Below are positions 61,354 through 64,000 of a DNA stretch of 64,000 bases, in pieces. The DNA comes from Pecten maximus (taxonomy: Eukaryota). The stretch lies in contig NC_047032.1 in assembly GCF_902652985.1 (NCBI RefSeq), positions 5,580,001 through 5,644,000 on the forward strand. The letters are read 5' to 3'. Under the pieces are notes generated by a model. The model was not told where the DNA came from and made no database searches. It was given only the letters and a program-made list of their open reading frames with translations. Within the stretch, counting starts at the first letter, position 1. Each line of letters opens with the position of its first letter. The translations under genes and the position numbers were made by a program.

Positions 61354-64000
61354 TTACACATTAATTGTTAATACATTTAATCCGTCATTGTTGTAATATA
61401 TCTATTTCGTCATTAATCTTATTAGAAATAGTCCTTTCTTTTGCGAACATGTTAAAACAAGTTTGATGCTACCAACCATTTTTAAAACTATTATTTTGCT
61501 GTTCTTGGTAACCTAATCATGACGTTGACTGTGTCGAGAAAGTAACTAAATAGATATACATGTATATAATGTTACAGCGCCATCTAGGATTACTTTGCAA
61601 ATTGGAGTTATGTCCCCTGACTCACTAAGTGTAGGAATTGAGATTTTTTATTAGTAATAAGCTGATTAGCTCAAACATAATGACTATGACTAACAGACTA
61701 ACTAGCTGTGTTAAAGTACACAGAGGTGTAAGTTCTTCTCATTCAATCCAGCACAGAAATATTAGCATCATCTTATATTGTATAGTGTAATTCACACACA
61801 TCTCATACATATAATGTACGTGTAGACTTGAGCTACCTTTCAGAACTCAATAGGAACTTTTTTTTTTAACTATTTCTGGGTTGAAGGCTTTGTTTCATAT
61901 ATAACATGTGAGATATGTATTAGTGTACCCAGAAACCCAGTGAATATTTAATGTAAATCACCTTGAGTTGCTGGGGAGGTATGATGATCAGATCCTATTA
62001 CAGGATATAGGCAGACTAATAAACACTGCTTGTTTGTGATGGATGTGTGTCAGATTCTACAAGGTATTTCTGTAAATTATACAACATTGTTAGTCCATAA
62101 ATCCATATACTGTATATATATCTCTAGGGGCATTGAAGAATGGTCATTAATCTACAGCCTATACACTTGTGATGGTACAGACATTTATGGTCGACCCAGG
62201 TCAGAATTAATGGCAGCTGAAATCATCAATCCATGATGTAAGATCAAGAGGGAGGCACTGGATAAAAGCATGTTACAGACTCCTTGACAAGATGATACTA
62301 ACATTTAACGGATATTGTGCGAGTTTTGTGTGGGTTTGGAGCTGTGGTACATGTGTATCTAAGGTAAACTGAAGTACATAGGCCAGATCTTCTCTCTATT
62401 TACAAACATTTGTACCTTTCAAATTAAAGATTAACACAACTAAATATTTTGGGCCTCAAATCACGACATGTAGTAAATCCCAATCTTTGCCAAGTTGATC
62501 TTTGTTGGTACAAACACAATACTAAAAAACAACAGGTGAATTACTTCTCATCAAGTCTAAAAATCTTTCTGTGGATCGAGTCTAAATGTTTTAAATCAAG
62601 TTAGATCAACTTTAACCCTAAAACAATGAGAAAACCCTTTAGTTTTTTATCTGGCTGAACTGGGGTAATATGCGTATCACTAGATCCTGTTTTGTCATTC
62701 AAGCCTTTGTTGAAGTTGATCATAGGTTGTACAGGTAGAACTCAGCATGCCTTCTCAGCGACACAGGATCGCATTTCACCTACCAAATCAACCTTGTGTC
62801 CTGTCATCTGTATACAACAGCTTTAACTTCAACTTAACAAACTTTTACACAAACACACTTGTAGCAATAATAATGAAGTTGATGAAAACATTTAACATTT
62901 CAATTTGAGAAAAAAGAAAATCTTTACAAGAATCCAAAAGAAAAGCTGATTTTTATGACAGAAAAATAAAGTTGAAAACTTTGAAAATTAAAGTGAAGCA
63001 TACAGATGACAGTGTCGCCTCTCTACAGCAGTGAAATTCAGAACACAATGGTCAAGACTGGGGATAATGGAAGCCTTTAACTTATTTATTCCAATCTGTC
63101 CATGTGGGACTATAATAGAAAGACAAAATGGCAGGCCTGATAATATCTGGTCTAGTGTATGGGTAATTTAATTTGAAAGACAAATCTGTGAGGGCTGTTA
63201 AAGGCCAGGAGTTATCTCCCTTGATGGCTGTTAGAGATTATCTGCTGCTACTCTTTATTGAAAGGTCAAAAGGTGACTTCATTATTCTGATGAATGAGAC
63301 TGAATTGAACAATCTCAAACAAATTAACAGAAGAAATATAACAGGTCAGGGATTCATATGCTTCCAATTTAAAGAGACCTTTTTCAATTGAAAATAGGCC
63401 CCTTATATTAATTCGCCTCTTTGAATTTGTACTGATGAATAAAGAATTATCATTTCCCCTAAATATCTTCCATCTGAGAATTCAGGAATTATAAAACTGA
63501 AATGACCTCATACATATTTTAGCAATGCATTCCACATTAAAACATTAACAACTGATCGATGCTATGTTTGAGAATTTAAACTTTCAAAAAAATTACAATA
63601 TTTTTAATTTGGAGTACAAGATTTATTCAAAAATGGTATGGTAAATTCCTGTGACTGAAGTTATGTTTGTATTAACTGAATAAATAAAACATTTAACATT
63701 ACATTCTTTTTCATCCCATTTCTTCTTAACAGAATTATCTCCCCTTATTCACTCCACTTTATCCCACATCTATTGCGATTACCTACGAAGAAAAACAACC
63801 CGAATCACTACCATGCTTCCAAATGGTGACCGAAGGAAATGGGTGGTTGAGCAATAGTCGATAGACATGTGCACTGTAACTCTCTACAATGTGCACTACA
63901 AGTTACCAAAGTGAGTTTGTTACTTTTGGAGTTAAATCACAATCCTAAAGGTGACGTTCGAGGTACCGGCCTATCTATACCCAAATATATAAATCTATAA

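Noticed and set aside
57038-61361. ORFs up to 572 aa on the minus strand
   Set aside because: A stop-poor 41-bp unit cycling through three frames; no domain content.

Overview
AT-rich, intron-containing animal DNA; the repeat families suggest a bivalve mollusc (inference). (1) 1-~4230, minus strand: an apparently intact Ngaro/DIRS-type tyrosine-recombinase retrotransposon (gag, RT-RNaseH, YR running off the left edge). Gag and pol are in the same frame, separated only by a UGA-CUA stop. (2) 5414-7452, plus strand: a 4-coding-exon, 170-aa gene resembling Drosophila pinocchio. (3) 37159 to 23789, minus strand: seven phase-compatible exons of a syndecan whose ectodomain carries two tandem thyroglobulin type-1 domains, each on its own symmetric phase 1-1 exon. 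No signal-peptide exon was recognised, so 37160-64000 is probably mostly intron. About 40% of the window is made of ~15 unrelated minisatellite arrays, which explain nearly all other long ORFs. Also present are a foldback MITE with a 7-bp TSD, a TA-flanked Tc1/mariner-type MITE, tRNA-derived SINE pieces, and a (TA)n-embedded element with a minimal U3-A8 hammerhead-like motif. All calls were made by eye, with no database searches.
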